IMG/VR virus record: IMGVR_UViG_3300029566_000004
Length of the DNA: 64,000 nt
Source of the DNA: a virus
Reading direction: 5' to 3' (one strand)
Part shown: piece by piece, positions 20,683-35,486 of the stretch
Layout of the letters: every line of letters starts with the position of its first letter
Numbering within the stretch: the first letter of the stretch is position 1
Made by a program: the position numbers and the translations under genes
The notes under the pieces: model-generated
What the model was told of the DNA's origin: nothing
Database searches by the model: none
Seen by the model: only the letters and a program-made list of their open reading frames with translations

Positions 20683-21213
20683 ATGGTAAAAGTTAGTTTA
20701 ACAAAACTTAATAAAATAAAGTCTTTAGATCCAATAGACATTAAAATTGGTGAAGAGACTATTTCAGTTGTTCAATATCTTCCTTTAGAAAAGAAGTTAA
20801 CAATTATGCAAAATATTATTCAACAAGCTGGTAATAATGAAGAAGGTTTTTATAATATTGTAAAGTTAACAGTTTTTTATACAATTGAAATGCTTCGTGC
20901 ATATACTAATATTTCATTTACTGAAAAACAGTTAGAAGATCCGTAGAAGCTTTATGATATTATAATTTTAAATAAAATTTGGGATACTATAAAGCAAAGT
21001 ATTCCAGAAGATGAAGTAAATTATATTTGGGAAAACACTTGTGCTTTAGCACGTGAGATTACTGATTATAATCATTCTGCTCTTGGTATATTAAAATTAG
21101 CGAAAGAAGATTATAATGATTTAGAATTAGATGTAAATGATTTAACTAATACTTTAACTCAAAGCGAAAATAATTTAAATTTAGTTAAAGGCCTATTGAC
21201 TAAATTGGACTAA
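20683..21213 (+). CDS. Tail assembly chaperone-like protein (176 aa)
   Basis: An AAAGGAGAAAAAGG RBS is present. One TAG at 20944, TAA at 21211. Position immediately upstream of the tape measure supports the call. Confidence 0.5.
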
Positions 21214-21249
21214 TGTTGATAATTTAGTTATTAAAAAATTAAAAATAAA

Positions 21250-21284
21250 TAGACGAGTAAAAATCGTACTCGTCTATTTTTTTT
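21250..21284 (+). terminator. Strong rho-independent terminator directly upstream of the tape measure gene
   Basis: TAGACGAGTA-aaaatcg-TACTCGTCTA (10-bp stem) followed by TTTTTTTT. Confidence 0.8.
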
Positions 21285-21309
21285 ATATTGAGAGAAAGGA
21301 GCTAAATAT

Positions 21310-24300
21310 ATGAATTCTAATCGAATAAATGTAACATTAGGATTTAATGCAGATGTTGGTGCTGCTAAAGCAAATTTAAAAGATTTACAAGCTACATTAA
21401 ATGAAATTAGTAATTTAAAATTAGAGCCTGGCACTAATTTAAATAAATCATTACAAGAAGCTATTTCTAGTGCTGATATTTTATAGTAGCATTTAAATGC
21501 TGCGATGGATGTAAAAACCGGAAATATTAATGTAGATAAATTTACTGCAAGTGTTAGCAAAAGCAGTTAGAGCATATTATAGTTAGGTAATAATTTATTA
21601 AAAGCTGGTATGACTGGTGAAAAAGCATTTACACAATTATAGAATGGTTTAACTATGGCTAATATTAAACTTACTAAATCTAAGAATTTATTAAGTGAGT
21701 TTTCAAAAACTTTAGCAAATACTGTACGTTGGCAAATTTCTTCCACTATCTTACATGGTTTTATGGGAACTATTTAGAGGGCTTATGGATATGCTTAGGA
21801 TTTAAATAAATCTTTAACTAATATTCAAATTGTTACATAGTAGACAACAGAACAAATGGAAGCTTTTGCCGAGCGAGCTAATAAAGCAGCTAAAGCATTA
21901 AGCGCTTCTACTTTAGCCTATACAGATGCAGCATTAATTTATTACCAATAGGGCTTAGATGACTCAACTGTTGAAGCACGAACTGATGTTACTATAAAAA
22001 TGATGAATGTAACAGGTAAAAGTGCTGAAGAAATTTCTTCCTAGATGACAGCTATTTGGAACAATTTTGATGATGGGACGAAATCTTTAGAGTATTATGC
22101 AGATGCAATTACTGCTTTAGGTGCGTCTACTGCTTCAAGTTCGAAAGAAATTGCCGAAGGTTTATAGAAATTTGCTGCTGTTGCTGATACTGTTGGTTTA
22201 TCTTATGAATATGCTACTGCAGCGTTAGCGACAGTTGTTGCAGAAACACGTTAGAGTGCGGATATTGTTGGTACAGCTTTTAAAACTTTATTTTCTCGTT
22301 TAGAAGGTCTAAAATTAGGTGAAACTTTAGAAGATGGAGTTGATTTAAATAAATATTCTAAAGCATTATAGGTAGTTGGTGTTAATATTTTAGATGCTAA
22401 TAACAATTTGAAAGCAATGGATACTATCTTAGATGATTTAGGAGCTCGTTGGGATACGTTAACAACTGCTCAACAAGTATCATTAGCATAGACTGTTGGT
22501 GGTGTACGTTAGTATCAACAATTTGTTGCTTTAATGGATAATTGGGATAAAGTATAGAAAAATATATTAGTTGCGGCTAATTCTGAAGGTACGTTACAAG
22601 AATAGGCAGATATTTATGCTAAGTCTTGGGAAGCAGCTAAAAAACGTGTTAAAGCTTCACTCGAAGAATTATATACAACTTTAATTGATGATAAATTTTT
22701 TATTGGTTTAACTGATACATTAAGTAAAGTTATTTCACTTGTTACCACTTTAGCTAAGGGAATGGGCGGAGTATCAGGTATTTTAATGTTTGTAACAAAT
22801 ATTTTAATGACTAAATTTGCTCCACAAATTACTATGGCTTTAAATAGTGGAATTAAAAAAATTTCGCATTTTTCTTTAAATTTAAAATCATTAGTTAATC
22901 CTATTACAACTATTAAAGATACTTTTATTTTAATGGGGCGTGATAGCGAGCAAGCAGGTGCTATAATGGCACGTCGTACATAGGAATTAGGAAAAGCTTT
23001 AGAGGCAAGTGCAATTTCTGGACAATAGTTAGCAAAAGAATTAAATCATATTGGTACTACTTCTACTTAGCCATTAACTGAGGGATTTAAGGCTTAGTAG
23101 GCTGGATTAGAAAAAATTAATGGACTTATTGATGTATATTAGGGTAATTATTCAAAATTAACTGAACAAGAGCGTCAATTAATTTAGGGCCAATTAACTG
23201 AATTGGTTAATTTAAATAATAATGTAGCTGCTGCACATGATATGGTTGAAGAATTAGAATCTTAGCGAGACATACTTCGTGATATGGCTTCATTTGATGT
23301 AGTGGATTAGGAAAATTATGATATAAATTCTGAAGGAACTGCGGCCACTTTAAATGTATCTGGTGTTTCAGATGAGTTAAGAATTATTAGTTCTTTAATT
23401 GAAGATACCGGAGCTAATGTAACTTATGTTAATGGGTAGGCATAGCAAATTTAGGGAACTACAACAGAGTTAGGTTTTGTAATGGCTAATGTTTCAGATG
23501 AATTAGAGGATAGCGTTGCTGTTTCTCATGATTTGGGTAAAGTCTTAGAACATGTAACTTTAGAAGTTGATAAAACAGGTAAATTAACTACTAAAGGTGA
23601 TAGAGCTCTTCGTCAAATTTATGGTAGTTTAGGTAAAACTAGTAAATCGGCTGATATATTAGTAAAACGATTATAGAGAGGTAGTATATCAGTTGAACAA
23701 TTTTAGAAACATTTAAAAAATTTGCCTAGTACTACAGCACGTTTTGCAAAACAAATGGGTTTGTCAGATCAAAAAATACTATCTGCATTAAAAAATGGTC
23801 GCGAGTTAAATAATGCTTAGAAAAAATTAACGCAAGAAACAAATAATTATAATTCAGCCTTAACTAAAGCAATGTCTACTTTATCAACTGGTATTACTAA
23901 AGCCATAAGTATTGGAGGCCAAATTCAAGGCGTTGCACAAGGTTTAAATGGTTTAGCAATGGGCGTAAATGCAGTGCGTAATGCTTTTTCTACACTTAAT
24001 GATGAAAATGCAAGTTTTTGGGATAAATTTTCAGCTTTTACAATGGGTGGCGTAATGGCATTAAGTGGTTTTATGTCAGCAATGCAAGCTATGAATAATA
24101 TCTTAAATGCTTCTATTGGATTATCTGCTAAACGCGCTGCGGCTGGAGCTATTGAAAATACTGTTGATGCTACTAAATTAGGTATTTAGAAAGCATTGTC
24201 AACAGAAGAAGGGAAAAATGCTGTATTAGCAGCAAAACAGTTAATTTTAAGTAAAGCAAAAGCTGGTGCTTCTGAAGCTGAAACTACAGCAGAAGTTGCA

Positions 24301-27300
24301 GCATTATTAACGAAACAAACTAAATTAAGCACTGAGGAAGCAGAATTAGCTGCCACATCTTTATTAACAGGTGCAAAAGAAGCTAATATTGTTGCTACGA
24401 CTGGTCAGGCTGGAGCAGAAGTCTTGCAAACTAGTGCCACAGTAGGCGCAACTGCGGCTTAGTGGTCATTAAATGCAGCAATTTATGCAAATCCAGTTGG
24501 CTCAATAGTTTTAGCAATTATGGCATTTATTGCCGCCTTAGCAGCATTAATTGCTATTATTGCTGTTTTTTGTAAACAAGAAGATGAGGCAGCTAAAAAA
24601 GAAAAAGCTGCTGCAGCTGCATTAGAAGAATCTAAAGAAGCTGCAAAAAAAGCACATGAGGCATATGATGGATTATATACTACGGTAAGTAATTATAAAT
24701 CAGCAGTTGATGCTTTAAAGAAATGTACTAAAGGCACAAAAGAATGGCAAGAAGCATTTGAAGAAGTTAATAAACAAGCACGTGACTTATTAAAGAAGTA
24801 TCCAGATTTATTAAAATATAAAGATATTTTTAATAGTGATGGTTCTATTAATATAGAGCGTTTAAATAAATATGTCGAAGAAATGGGAAAAACAGCTCAG
24901 TCCGCTGACGTATTAACTCTTCGTAGATAGAGTGATTTAGCTGTAGCTACTAATGACCGAAAAGTTAGTGATTTGCGCACAAAGTATCAAACTAGTGTAA
25001 ATAGATAGAATCGGAATGTCTATAAATCATCGATAGCTGAGGCTATAATCGATAAAGTGCGTTTTGAAGATATTGATGTTAACAATATATATGCTTTAGA
25101 AAAGGCTGTTGGGGAAGTAGTAAGTTCATTTGGACTAACGGGAGATGAATTTAATAATACTGTCGAGGAGATGGTATTTAGTATTGGCCTATTAAAAACT
25201 GATTTTGTGGACTTAGCATCAGAAACAAAAGACACTATTTAGAGTTTAATTAATGCATAGAAATTAATTGCACAAGAATTATTTCCGGAAGATGCTGCTG
25301 AAAATCCAGCTTTAGCATCTGCAGAAGTCGAAGCTTATAATGAAATGCGTCAAAAAATTCGGAAGAGTTATCAGGAAGCTATTGATTATGCAAATGATCA
25401 CAATGCCGGCAAAGGTGATAATGTCGAAAATATGCGCAACAACGATAAGGGCGGTAAAAAATTAATAGAAATCGCAGAAGACTATATTGCAACAGATGCT
25501 GATATGAAAACTGGTGATTGGGAAGTTGTGTCAGATGATGCCATTAAAAAGAAAGATGGAGTAACATATATTCAATACCGTAATAATCAAGGCGACACTA
25601 CTTTACGAAAAGTAGAAAGTGTGGTGGATGCTGTCGCGGAATAGAAAGCGGTTGGTAAATTAGACGAAATCAAAGACTATGGTCGTGAAAAATATGACAA
25701 ACGACAAGAGCAAATGGGAGCGGCTGGTCAAGAGTTTTTAGTTAATGAAAATTTTTCAGAAGCTACCATAGGTAATGTAAAAAGTTTATGGGGCCGTTCA
25801 TTCGAAAAAATCTATGGCGATGATAATGAATTGCGCAATATATTAGCGGCAAAATATGGTCTTGATGCTGATGAAATAACTAGTGGAATGATTTCTAGTT
25901 TTAAATAGAAATATTATAATAGCATACAAGGCGTTCAAGATGCTATCGGTAAATTGCCAACAGCTATGACAACAGTATTGGGTGATGGTGTTGATTAGTT
26001 GTCTGTTACTACTCTTAATGGTATTAATACATTACATAGTAATTTAGTGAGCAAAGCGGATGAAGTAACCGCAGCTAGTGTTGAATCTTCTTTAACTCAA
26101 TTGGCTGTTGATAATCCTGAGCATATGCAAGAAATTATTTCTACTGCAAGTCAAATCGATTGGGCAGATCCAAAGGCATTAGAGCGTTTTAATGATTTAT
26201 TAGTTTCGCAAGGAGTTATTTTAGATCAAACTAGTGCAAGTTATACTGATTTTATAGCTTCATTAAAAGATATTCCTTTATCTATCAATCCTGCTAATTA
26301 TCAAGAAGTGCGTAAATCATTTTAGTCTTTAAAAGAAATGGCAGAAGATATTAAAATTGGTTCAATTATTTCAGATGAAGATTATTAGAAAATTATTGAG
26401 ACTGATAGCGCTCTATAGGCATTATTCGTACAAACTGCAAATGGATACGTGTATACTGGTTCACAAGATTTAGGTAAGATTGTAAAAGAAAAATTTCAAG
26501 ATAATATACGTCAAAATCTTGATTAGGCTACAACCGCCTTAGCAGGCATTGATGCATCTGATAATTATGGCTATGGTAATTTTAAATCAATAGATTATGG
26601 TGCCGTAGCATCATAGATAAGTGATGGTGATGGTCCTGACTGGGCAACTAGTTTCTTAGGAACATTGGCTAATAGTGAAGATGCTGAAGAACTGGCTGCA
26701 ATAGCTGGGGTAAGTGTTGAAAAATTTAAAGAATTAGCTTCGAAAAATATGGCAGACTTAACCGAAGCAGAGAGCGCTGCTGTTGAGGGTATTTATCAAT
26801 CTATTGCTGAGCATTAGGGCGATCTAGTAGCTTACTAGCAGAATATTACCGACGGTTTAATACAATTAGGCTCTTCATATGACTCTTACGCTGAAGGTTT
26901 AGCTGCTATTCGTTCATATGCTAGTGAAGAATATATTTCTGATGAACAAATCCAAACCGCAATTGTAGGTATGACCAATGCTGCAGTTATGGGTGTACAA
27001 AGTGTTAATGAATTAGAGACCGTCTTAAGTAATATAGCAAACGCTGGAGTTGAAGTTGATTATGCCGTGATTAGTGCATCATTACTTAATTTGGCTTCCC
27101 AGTATGATAATGCAGCCGATGAAGCTGCACGATATGCAGAAGTAATTAAATATGGTACTTAGGAAGAAATTGCAGCTGCTGAAGCTACATTAAAATTAGC
27201 AATTCATATTGGTGAATTATCAGAAAAATATGGCTTAGAGGCAAATAATGTAGAAACACAAGCAAAATTAATAGCAAAAGAATATAATATTAGTGCAGAA

Positions 27301-30300
27301 GCTGCGGCAAATTTAGCTATTAAAAATTAGCGCATGAATAAAGGCGTATTGGCTTTAAATGAGAATTTTAAAACTTGGAATAAAACTTTAATTGAAGCTG
27401 ATCATAAATCAACCGATTATGCAGATGCTTTAAATCAAGCTAACACAGCATTAGCTGATTTAACTGGTGCACTTGATGCGACTACAATTCCTTTAGATTT
27501 TCTAGATGATACTACTAAGTCAGGAGCAAAACATTTAAAATTATTAGAAAAAGCAGCAGAAGGTGATGCTGATGCAATTAATGAATTGGGTGTTGAATTA
27601 GCTTATACACAATTAGCTGCGTTAGATTTTCGTGATACAATTACTGGATTTAAAGATGCTGATGGAAATTAGTTAGATCCTATTAATTTAGATAAATTTA
27701 AGTCAGATAAAGAAATTGTTCTATTCGGTATTGAAGATTTGCATCAAAAATTAAAATCTTTAAACGATGGTGATGATGTTGGTAATATTTTAGGACAAAA
27801 TTGGGTAGATGCTTTAAATGAAATGGCAATGGCAACAGGCATGTCTGTTGAACAAATGCAAGCTTATTTAAATGAATTAAATATTGATACTGAAGTTACT
27901 ACTATTCCTGTTACACAGATGACAAGAGTTCCATAGTATACCACTGAAACGACTGATGTCGTAACAGCGAAGACTGATTCAGGGTATGAATATATTTCTT
28001 CTATGAGTACTACTACACGCTAGACTGGCACAAAAGATTTAGAAGAAACTATTGATGTAGCACAAATAGGAGTAGGAGATAAAGCGGGTGAACCTCCAAA
28101 AATTACATATCGTGGTGCAAAAAGTAGTGGCGGTGTTTCTAAAAGTTCTATACCAAGTAAAAATAAAACAAGTGGTAATAAAAAAGAAAAGAAAGAGAAA
28201 AAATCAGCTGAAAAGGAAACAGAACGTTACCATGAAATAACCGCGTTAATTGAAGACTACACTCGTGAATTAGATAAAGCTGGTAAGGCTAAAGATCGTG
28301 CATTTGGTCCTAAGAAATTAAAAGCAATGCAAGCAGAAATCGCGGCTTAGGCTCAACTTAATGCCGCAACAGAGGAGCATATACGAGAAATTCGTGAATG
28401 GCTTGAAATTGATAAGGCTCGTATTGCGGCCCAAGGTGCAACATTTGATGAGTATGGTAATATATCTAACTATACTGATTTAATGCAACAACATATTGAT
28501 GCTTATAATGCAGCTGTAGCTGCGTATAATGCAAGTGGACAAAGTGATTCTGACAAAGAAGCTATGGAAGCTGCTGATAAAGCATATCAAGATTTCATGG
28601 ATTAGCTTTCTCAATATGAAGAAACAAATAATTTACTCCAAGAGAAATTAGATGAATTAATTGAAGCGCAATAGGCTAAATATGATAAAGAATTCGAAAT
28701 GTTACAATATACAATTGAATTTAAGATTGAAGCAGACGATTCAATTTTATCATATTTAGATTATATGAAGAATAAAATTGAAAACTTTAATGATGGAGTG
28801 CATGATGCAGTAGAAATGCTTGCTACATTAAATGACGAAGCCTCTACATTAATGAATAAAAGTTCGATATATAATCGTGCGATTGATGATACTTTAAGTC
28901 ATTATTTAAGCAATAAAGGCATGGAAGAAAGCGATATTTAGGCACTTATTGATCGTTTTAAATCTAATAATATGTCAGAATCAGATATGTCCATGCTTGA
29001 AGATATGACCGAAGCTGAATATCAATATTTACTTGAATTAAAAGATAATTTACTTGAAATCAATAATAGTTTAATTGAAAATATGAGTGCGGTTGTTGAA
29101 ACTATACGGAATAGTTTTAGTAAAATTGCAGAAGATTTAGATAAAGCAACTCGACCTATTGAACGCGCAGCTAGTGCTTTAGAAAATTATGTAGCTATTA
29201 TTGATATTATAGGACGTGATGCGCTCGGTGTTACTGATGCAATTGCGACTGAGCTCGACAATGCGGCAATAGCAGTTGCGCATAGTGCGACCATAGCAGC
29301 TAAAGCGAAAGTTGATACATTACAAAGTGAACGCGATGAAGTCCAACGTCTTTATGACGAGGCTATGGCGCAAGGTCTTACCGAAATGGCATATAAGTGG
29401 AAAACTGTCTTAGAAGAAATGGATGATGAAATTGCTGCAGCAACTGATGATTTTAACTCAAAATGGTAGGAAGAACTTACAAAAGCTCGAGAAGCATTTG
29501 AAAATACTGTTGAACGTATTAAACAGAGCATGCTTGATGCATTTGCTGGCTTTATTGGCTCTTGGTCGGTACTTAAAGATAGTTTAGAATATGCGAAAAC
29601 TGCTGCTGATAGATTTGTGCCTCAATATAAAGAAATTTATGAATTAAGTAAATTAAATCGTGATATTATGAAGTCAATTGACAATACTTCTAATATTAAA
29701 AATAAATAGGCACTTCGTGACCTACAGAAAGAAATTAATGAACTTGAGTAGCATAGCGGTGAAATTAGTCAATATGATTTAGATAATGCTCGTCGTCGTT
29801 ATGAATTAGAACTGGCAAGGTTACAACTTGAAGAAGCACGAGATGCAAAATCAACTGTTCGTTTAAGCAAAGATTCTGAAGGTAATTGGTCTTATGTATA
29901 TACCGCAAATCAAGATGAAGTAGAAAAAGCGGAGCAGAATTATGAAGATAAGCTTTATGCAATGCAATAGGCTAATAGTGAATATATTAATAGTTTGTCT
30001 GATTAGATTTTTGCGCTTGAAGAGCAATATGCTGAAAAACTTGCAGAAATTCGTCTTGATAATACTATGAGTGAAGAAGAGCGTAATGCTGCCATTGAAC
30101 GCTTAAACGCTTACTTTGCTGAATAGATGGAGTATCTTACTAATGAAGGTTAGAAGGCTGTAGATAATAATGCTCGTTTATTTGAAGAAGAATGGACAAC
30201 TTATCATAATTGGACTGATGCTTTTGGTAATGATGTATAGGCTCGCATTAATAATCAACATGATTTCATGACTCAATTTGGTGATACTATACTTGGTACT

Positions 30301-31428
30301 TATACTGGTTATGGTAACTTTGATGAATTAAATGCGGCTATGGTACAAATTGCCGAAGAAGCTTCTGTGAAAATGGAAGAAGCATATGGCACACTTCAAG
30401 CACAAGTTGCTACTGCTATGGAAGCTGCTGGTATTGATGTTGCTCATTTTGGTGAAGTGGTACATGATACTGTTAATGAACAAATTGTACCATCTGCACA
30501 AGCTGCTGAAGATGCAGTTGTAAAAATGGGAAAAGCCGCAGTTGATGAATTTAACAACTTAGCTGATGGTGTTTCAGCATGGCAAATTAAATATACCACA
30601 GAAATGCAAAAAATTATTCAGAAAAATGAACAGTTAGCAGCTTCTGTTAATAATTTAGCCGCTGTTTATGCGAATTTGATTGCATAGATGTACGCCGTAG
30701 CTAATGCACCAGTACCAAAATTTAGTAACAGTGCTGCTGACTATTATGCAAATACTGGTGCGGGTGGTCAAAGTGCAAGCGGCGGCGATCCCAATTCTAA
30801 TGATCCAGAAGGCAATGAAAAATACTTAGATAGTGAGCATTGGAAATCAGATCATCATTATCATTGGAGAGTTCGCACATATAAATCTGGACGAACTGAA
30901 AAAATAGATAAAGGTCGCCATAAATGGTATCTTTGCGATCCTATTGTAATTGATAGTCATCATCATTCTCCAACAACTTTTGAATCTGCTTATTGTGCTG
31001 TTTGTGGCAAAAAAATTTCTATTAATCCATGGCATCAGTATGCATCGGTAGATGGCCAAGAAGTTATAATTCCTGGATATGATACTGGTGGTTATACTGG
31101 CAATTGGAATAGTTCGCAAGGCAAATTGGCGATGCTTCATGAAAAAGAACTTGTACTTAATAAGGAAGATACGAAAAATATTTTGGGTACTGTGGAATTA
31201 GTTCGTAAATTATCGCAAAAAATTGATTTAAATGCTCAAACCGCACGTTACGCATTTAATTATCATCCAATAATTAATAATCCGAAGTTAACAGATCGAG
31301 AATTACAAGTTAATTAGACAGTATCAATTACTGCGGAATTTCCGAATGCGCAAAATCGCACAGAAATTGAAGAAGCATTTACCACTCTTATTAACCAGGC
31401 TTCTTAGTTCGCTAATCAAAAGAATTAA
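21310..31428 (+). CDS. Tail tape measure protein (3372 codons)
   Basis: All 17 track ORFs from 22762 to 31317 share the frame of the ATG at 21310. Every interruption I traced is TAG (about 70), and the first TAA is at 31426. The N-terminal core resembles TP901-type tape measure proteins (...AEGL-Q-KFAAVADTVGLSYEYATAALATVVAETR-Q-SADIVGTAFKTLFSRL...), there are hydrophobic segments, and a conserved C-terminal GYDTGGYTGNW...LHEKELVLN motif is present. Confidence 0.85.
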
Positions 31429-31437
31429 TATAAATAG

Positions 31438-31470
31438 GGGAAGGATTTATTCCTTCCCTTTTATTTTTTT
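31438..31470 (+). terminator. Rho-independent terminator after the tape measure gene
   Basis: GGGAAGGA-tttat-TCCTTCCC followed by TTTTATTTTTTT. Confidence 0.75.
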
Positions 31471-31544
31471 AATTGGACAAAATGCAACAATATCATTATT
31501 TTAGTTTTTAAATATAATGAATATAGAGAGAAAGGAGCGTAGTT

Positions 31545-34500
31545 ATGGCAAATAATATGTTGATTAATGACAAAATAGATTATAATAAAATATTTTGTAA
31601 TGCAGTTGATACTATTGTCTCAAAACGATTAGAAAATATATCCTTTGATAATACCGTAACGGCAGAAATTATTGATGCTACAGACGCAGAATTTGGTCAT
31701 TATATAGTGCGTGAGAAAGATTTAACATATGATGTTATGTCAGAAAATTATAATTATAAAGTTGGTGATAAAGTATATGTAACTATTCCCGGCGGAGATT
31801 ATAATAAAACAAAAGTGATTTTAAGCGCTTATAAAGATAAAGAACAATTGGCAGTATTGCATTTAGTGCGCCCAAAGGATATTACTATTTCATAGACTAT
31901 TGGATTAAATACAAATATTCCTTATGATAATTTAGCATTATTTTAGAATTCTGTGCAAGAGCATCGAGTTAATATTTATGGGTCGTCTGATAATACTAAT
32001 TTAGAATTATCTACACACCAAACAGATAGAACACGTTTATCAGAATTGTTTACATTTTGTGATAGTTTAATTTTTAATATAGATATTAAATGTAATTTAA
32101 GGTCATCTTACCCATATGTTTACAAAGGAGCTTATAAAATTGAATTAGTACGTATTTTAAATGACACTGAATTAGTATTAGGAACGCTCGATATGAATGC
32201 ACTGGTGGGTGATCCATATGGATATTATTCTTATTTACCACAATCTATTGTTATTAATTTAGATGCATTGCGTGAAGAGAAAAATGATTTATTCCCAGAA
32301 TCTGCTATCTTGCAATTAAAAACATCATTAGTAACACCTTTTGAATATCGCACAGAAACAGGAGAGACATTGTTAATTCCAAGTGCTGTTTCTGCATATA
32401 CACCTACATTAACTTATTAGATACCAGAATTAGTGGGTTTAAAACAATTTTTAACTACTGAAAAAATAACTATTTTACCTCCTTTGGTAGAATTTAAAAA
32501 TTGTTCACTAGAAATTGGATTTAATACTACACATAAAAATCATACGTTTAATTTATATTAGCCTTTATAGAGTTCTGAAATGGTTGTCCCAATTTGGGTT
32601 AATTATGATGAAGATACGAATACAAATATTGATTTTACTGATAGAAACAAACGCACATCATTATCATTAGAAGAATTTCGTTCTTCAGAAGAAAATCAAT
32701 GGTTAATAGATGATGAATTAGCTACATGGCTAAATGCTATGATGAATAATACAAATAAGACCAATCCAGAAGCTATGTATGATGAAATAAAATATTCTAA
32801 AATTGTTAATTATTTAAAACGTTGTAATATTAATCGTGCAACTGCTTTGTAGGAGTTTGGATTAGAAATTGCTCATTTGGCTCCTGAACAGAAAACAGAA
32901 TTAATGCAAATGGTTAATACAAAAGAATTTTTAAGTGCTTATTCAGATATGCTTGATTTAAGCGCATTAATTGAAACAGATTGGCAAGAATTAATTGCCG
33001 CAACTAAAAAGGCAAATTAGTTGTTGTTGCGTCAGTATTTACCTAATGCGCAGGATAACTTACTTGTAGTTGATAATTCAGTTTCACTACTAGATAGTGA
33101 TTGTGAATTATTAGTTACTCCTACTGATTTTACAGATACTTATGCAACATTAAAAATTGCTTTAAAACGACGTGGGCCATTATATAATGGTAGTAATTAT
33201 TTACATTTAGTATTAGCGTTTAAAGAAAATATTGGTATTCAAATACCTGATGTAAATAATGAAAGAAAATGGAAGTATGCCATTGCTGATGGAACAACAT
33301 TTATGGAATTACCTACATCTCCTGACGATTCAGTTCCAAGAAATTCTACTTTAGTCAGTTGGATTAGTTCTTCAATATCTGATGATGACTATTATAAAGT
33401 AGCTATTGATATTTGGAATGGAGAACAAAGTTTTAATTTAGCTTCTAATATTATAACTTTATAGATTCCAATTGATGCAGCTTTTGTACAAGGACTAATT
33501 CCTCTTAAAATTGAAAGTGACGTAAATTCATCTATAAATACGCAAATATTTACCAATGATAATTTTGCTTCATTATTTACAACAGTTAAACAAAACATGC
33601 CAATGCATACTTGTTTGTTTTATCTTTATAAAGAATAGATTTCTACATCAAATACTCGAGATTATTATTCATTACCAGTTGGCAATGAACTTAAAGGATT
33701 TTTTGCCTCAGACTTATGGTGGTCAACAGAATCAGCTCAATTAAATGATTTATTAGTTTATGTATCTCGAGAATCATCGACATCTGCAAATGATTGGGAA
33801 TTTAGGCAGGGAGATTCTTTCAATGGTTTATATTTAAATAAATCAGCAGAAAATGCAGCTTATGGTATATTATTTCCTATTTAGTTTACAAATATTGAAG
33901 ATGATGAACCACTTCCTAACGTTTCTGAGGAAATCATTAATCAGAATCATAAAATTCAAGTCAGTTTTAATATTGAAGGCATAAAATCGGGTGATTAGTT
34001 AGAAGTTATTGTAAAACGTTGTACTAATGGTATAGAAACAATTCCAATTTATCAAATTTTTTAGCAAAATCGTTCGGTTAATTTTACTTTAGACGCAAAT
34101 CAACCAAGTAATGATTTTTATGTATTTAAATTTTTATACAAATAGGCAAATCTAAACTCACAGCCTGTATCTTGTTGTCTTTCTAATTTTCAATGTTCAC
34201 AAAAACATTGGGTAATTACGTCAGGATCAACGGATTTAGTAACTGGTGCATGGCAAGACGTTTTAGCATTTAATGTAATAAATCAATATAATATTAGTAA
34301 TGAACCAAAAGTTAATGGCTATACGTTTGCTCATAGTTATGTGGCTAAAACATTAGAGTTAAGTTATAAATCTAATATTGTTTTAACTACTGTATTAACT
34401 GATTTCTAGTGGCCTGATAATTTACAAGATTGGAGTGATATTTTAGAAGATAAATTAATTAATTTTCATAAGTATGATGTTCGAAAAGCTTTTAATCAAT

Positions 34501-35435
34501 TAAACGAAAAATTCGCTGAGTTATTTACTGATTTAAATATGTCTGTTTTACTTAATAATCATACTTGGCGCACCTAGTTTAAAATTTACTTATTAAATTG
34601 GTTGGGAATTTTAGATACAAGCTCTATTCCTATATCAAACGATCCAACCATTTTTGATATTTGGCAAGAAACTGCGATGCCCTTAAATGATATACTAAAT
34701 TTATAGTTAAAATACTTTACAGCAATTTACAATTATTTTCTTAATCTTTTAAATATTTGGTATTCAAATCAAAATATACAAGAATTAATTCCTTATTATG
34801 TAAGTGCTGATAATTTATTACTATTTAAAAATGAAATAGATTTATTGCAAATTCAATATGATCATTTAATTCTTATGATGAATGAATTAAATGAAAAAGT
34901 ACAAGCTTTATTTCCAAAATATATAGATTCTGCAGTTGAGACTATTGTTTCATTGTGGAAATTACCAACTGGAACTAATATTGGTCCGAACGATTTTGAG
35001 CGTGAATATAGCAATTTTTTAGATTATTTTAGTTAGCGTTATAGCGTTTTGCTATATCAATATAAATTATAGCCTGAAGAAACTAAACAATTTTATTTGA
35101 CTGGTCCATGGGAATTAATTCCGCCTATAGAGCATGAATATATTCAAGACTTATTAGATTCTACAGATTAGAAATAGATTAATTTATTGCCTTGGCTGTA
35201 GAGAATATCGACTACTGAGAATAGAACTCGTATTGATTCTAGTTCTATACGGGGTATTTTATTTTTCAACCATACCCCATATAAAAGCAATATTCTTAAT
35301 TTAGATGTCATAGAAGCAAATTCTAATGAATTAGTGATTGAACCTAATATTGAACTCATTCCTATATATACAAATACCGGTCAGATTTCTGGATATTTGA
35401 AAATACAGGATATTCGAGACGCTTTAGCTTTGTGA
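31545..35435 (+). CDS. Large tail/baseplate structural protein (1296 codons; sits where a distal tail protein would be)
   Basis: A GAGAGAAAGGAG motif precedes the ATG at 31545. One frame runs to the TGA at 35433, and every interruption is TAG. Confidence 0.6.
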
Positions 35436-35486
35436 GATAAAGGAGGTCATATATGTATATAAAAACAAATATAAAGGAGGGATAGT

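Noticed and set aside
20683-21310. Programmed -1 frameshift extension of the tail assembly chaperone (G/GT type)
   Set aside because: There is no extended overlapping frame or slippery heptamer. The gene is followed by a terminator before the tape-measure start.
21231-21560. 109-aa minus-strand ORF
   Set aside because: It overlaps the terminator hairpin and the 5' end of the tape-measure gene, so it is an antisense shadow.
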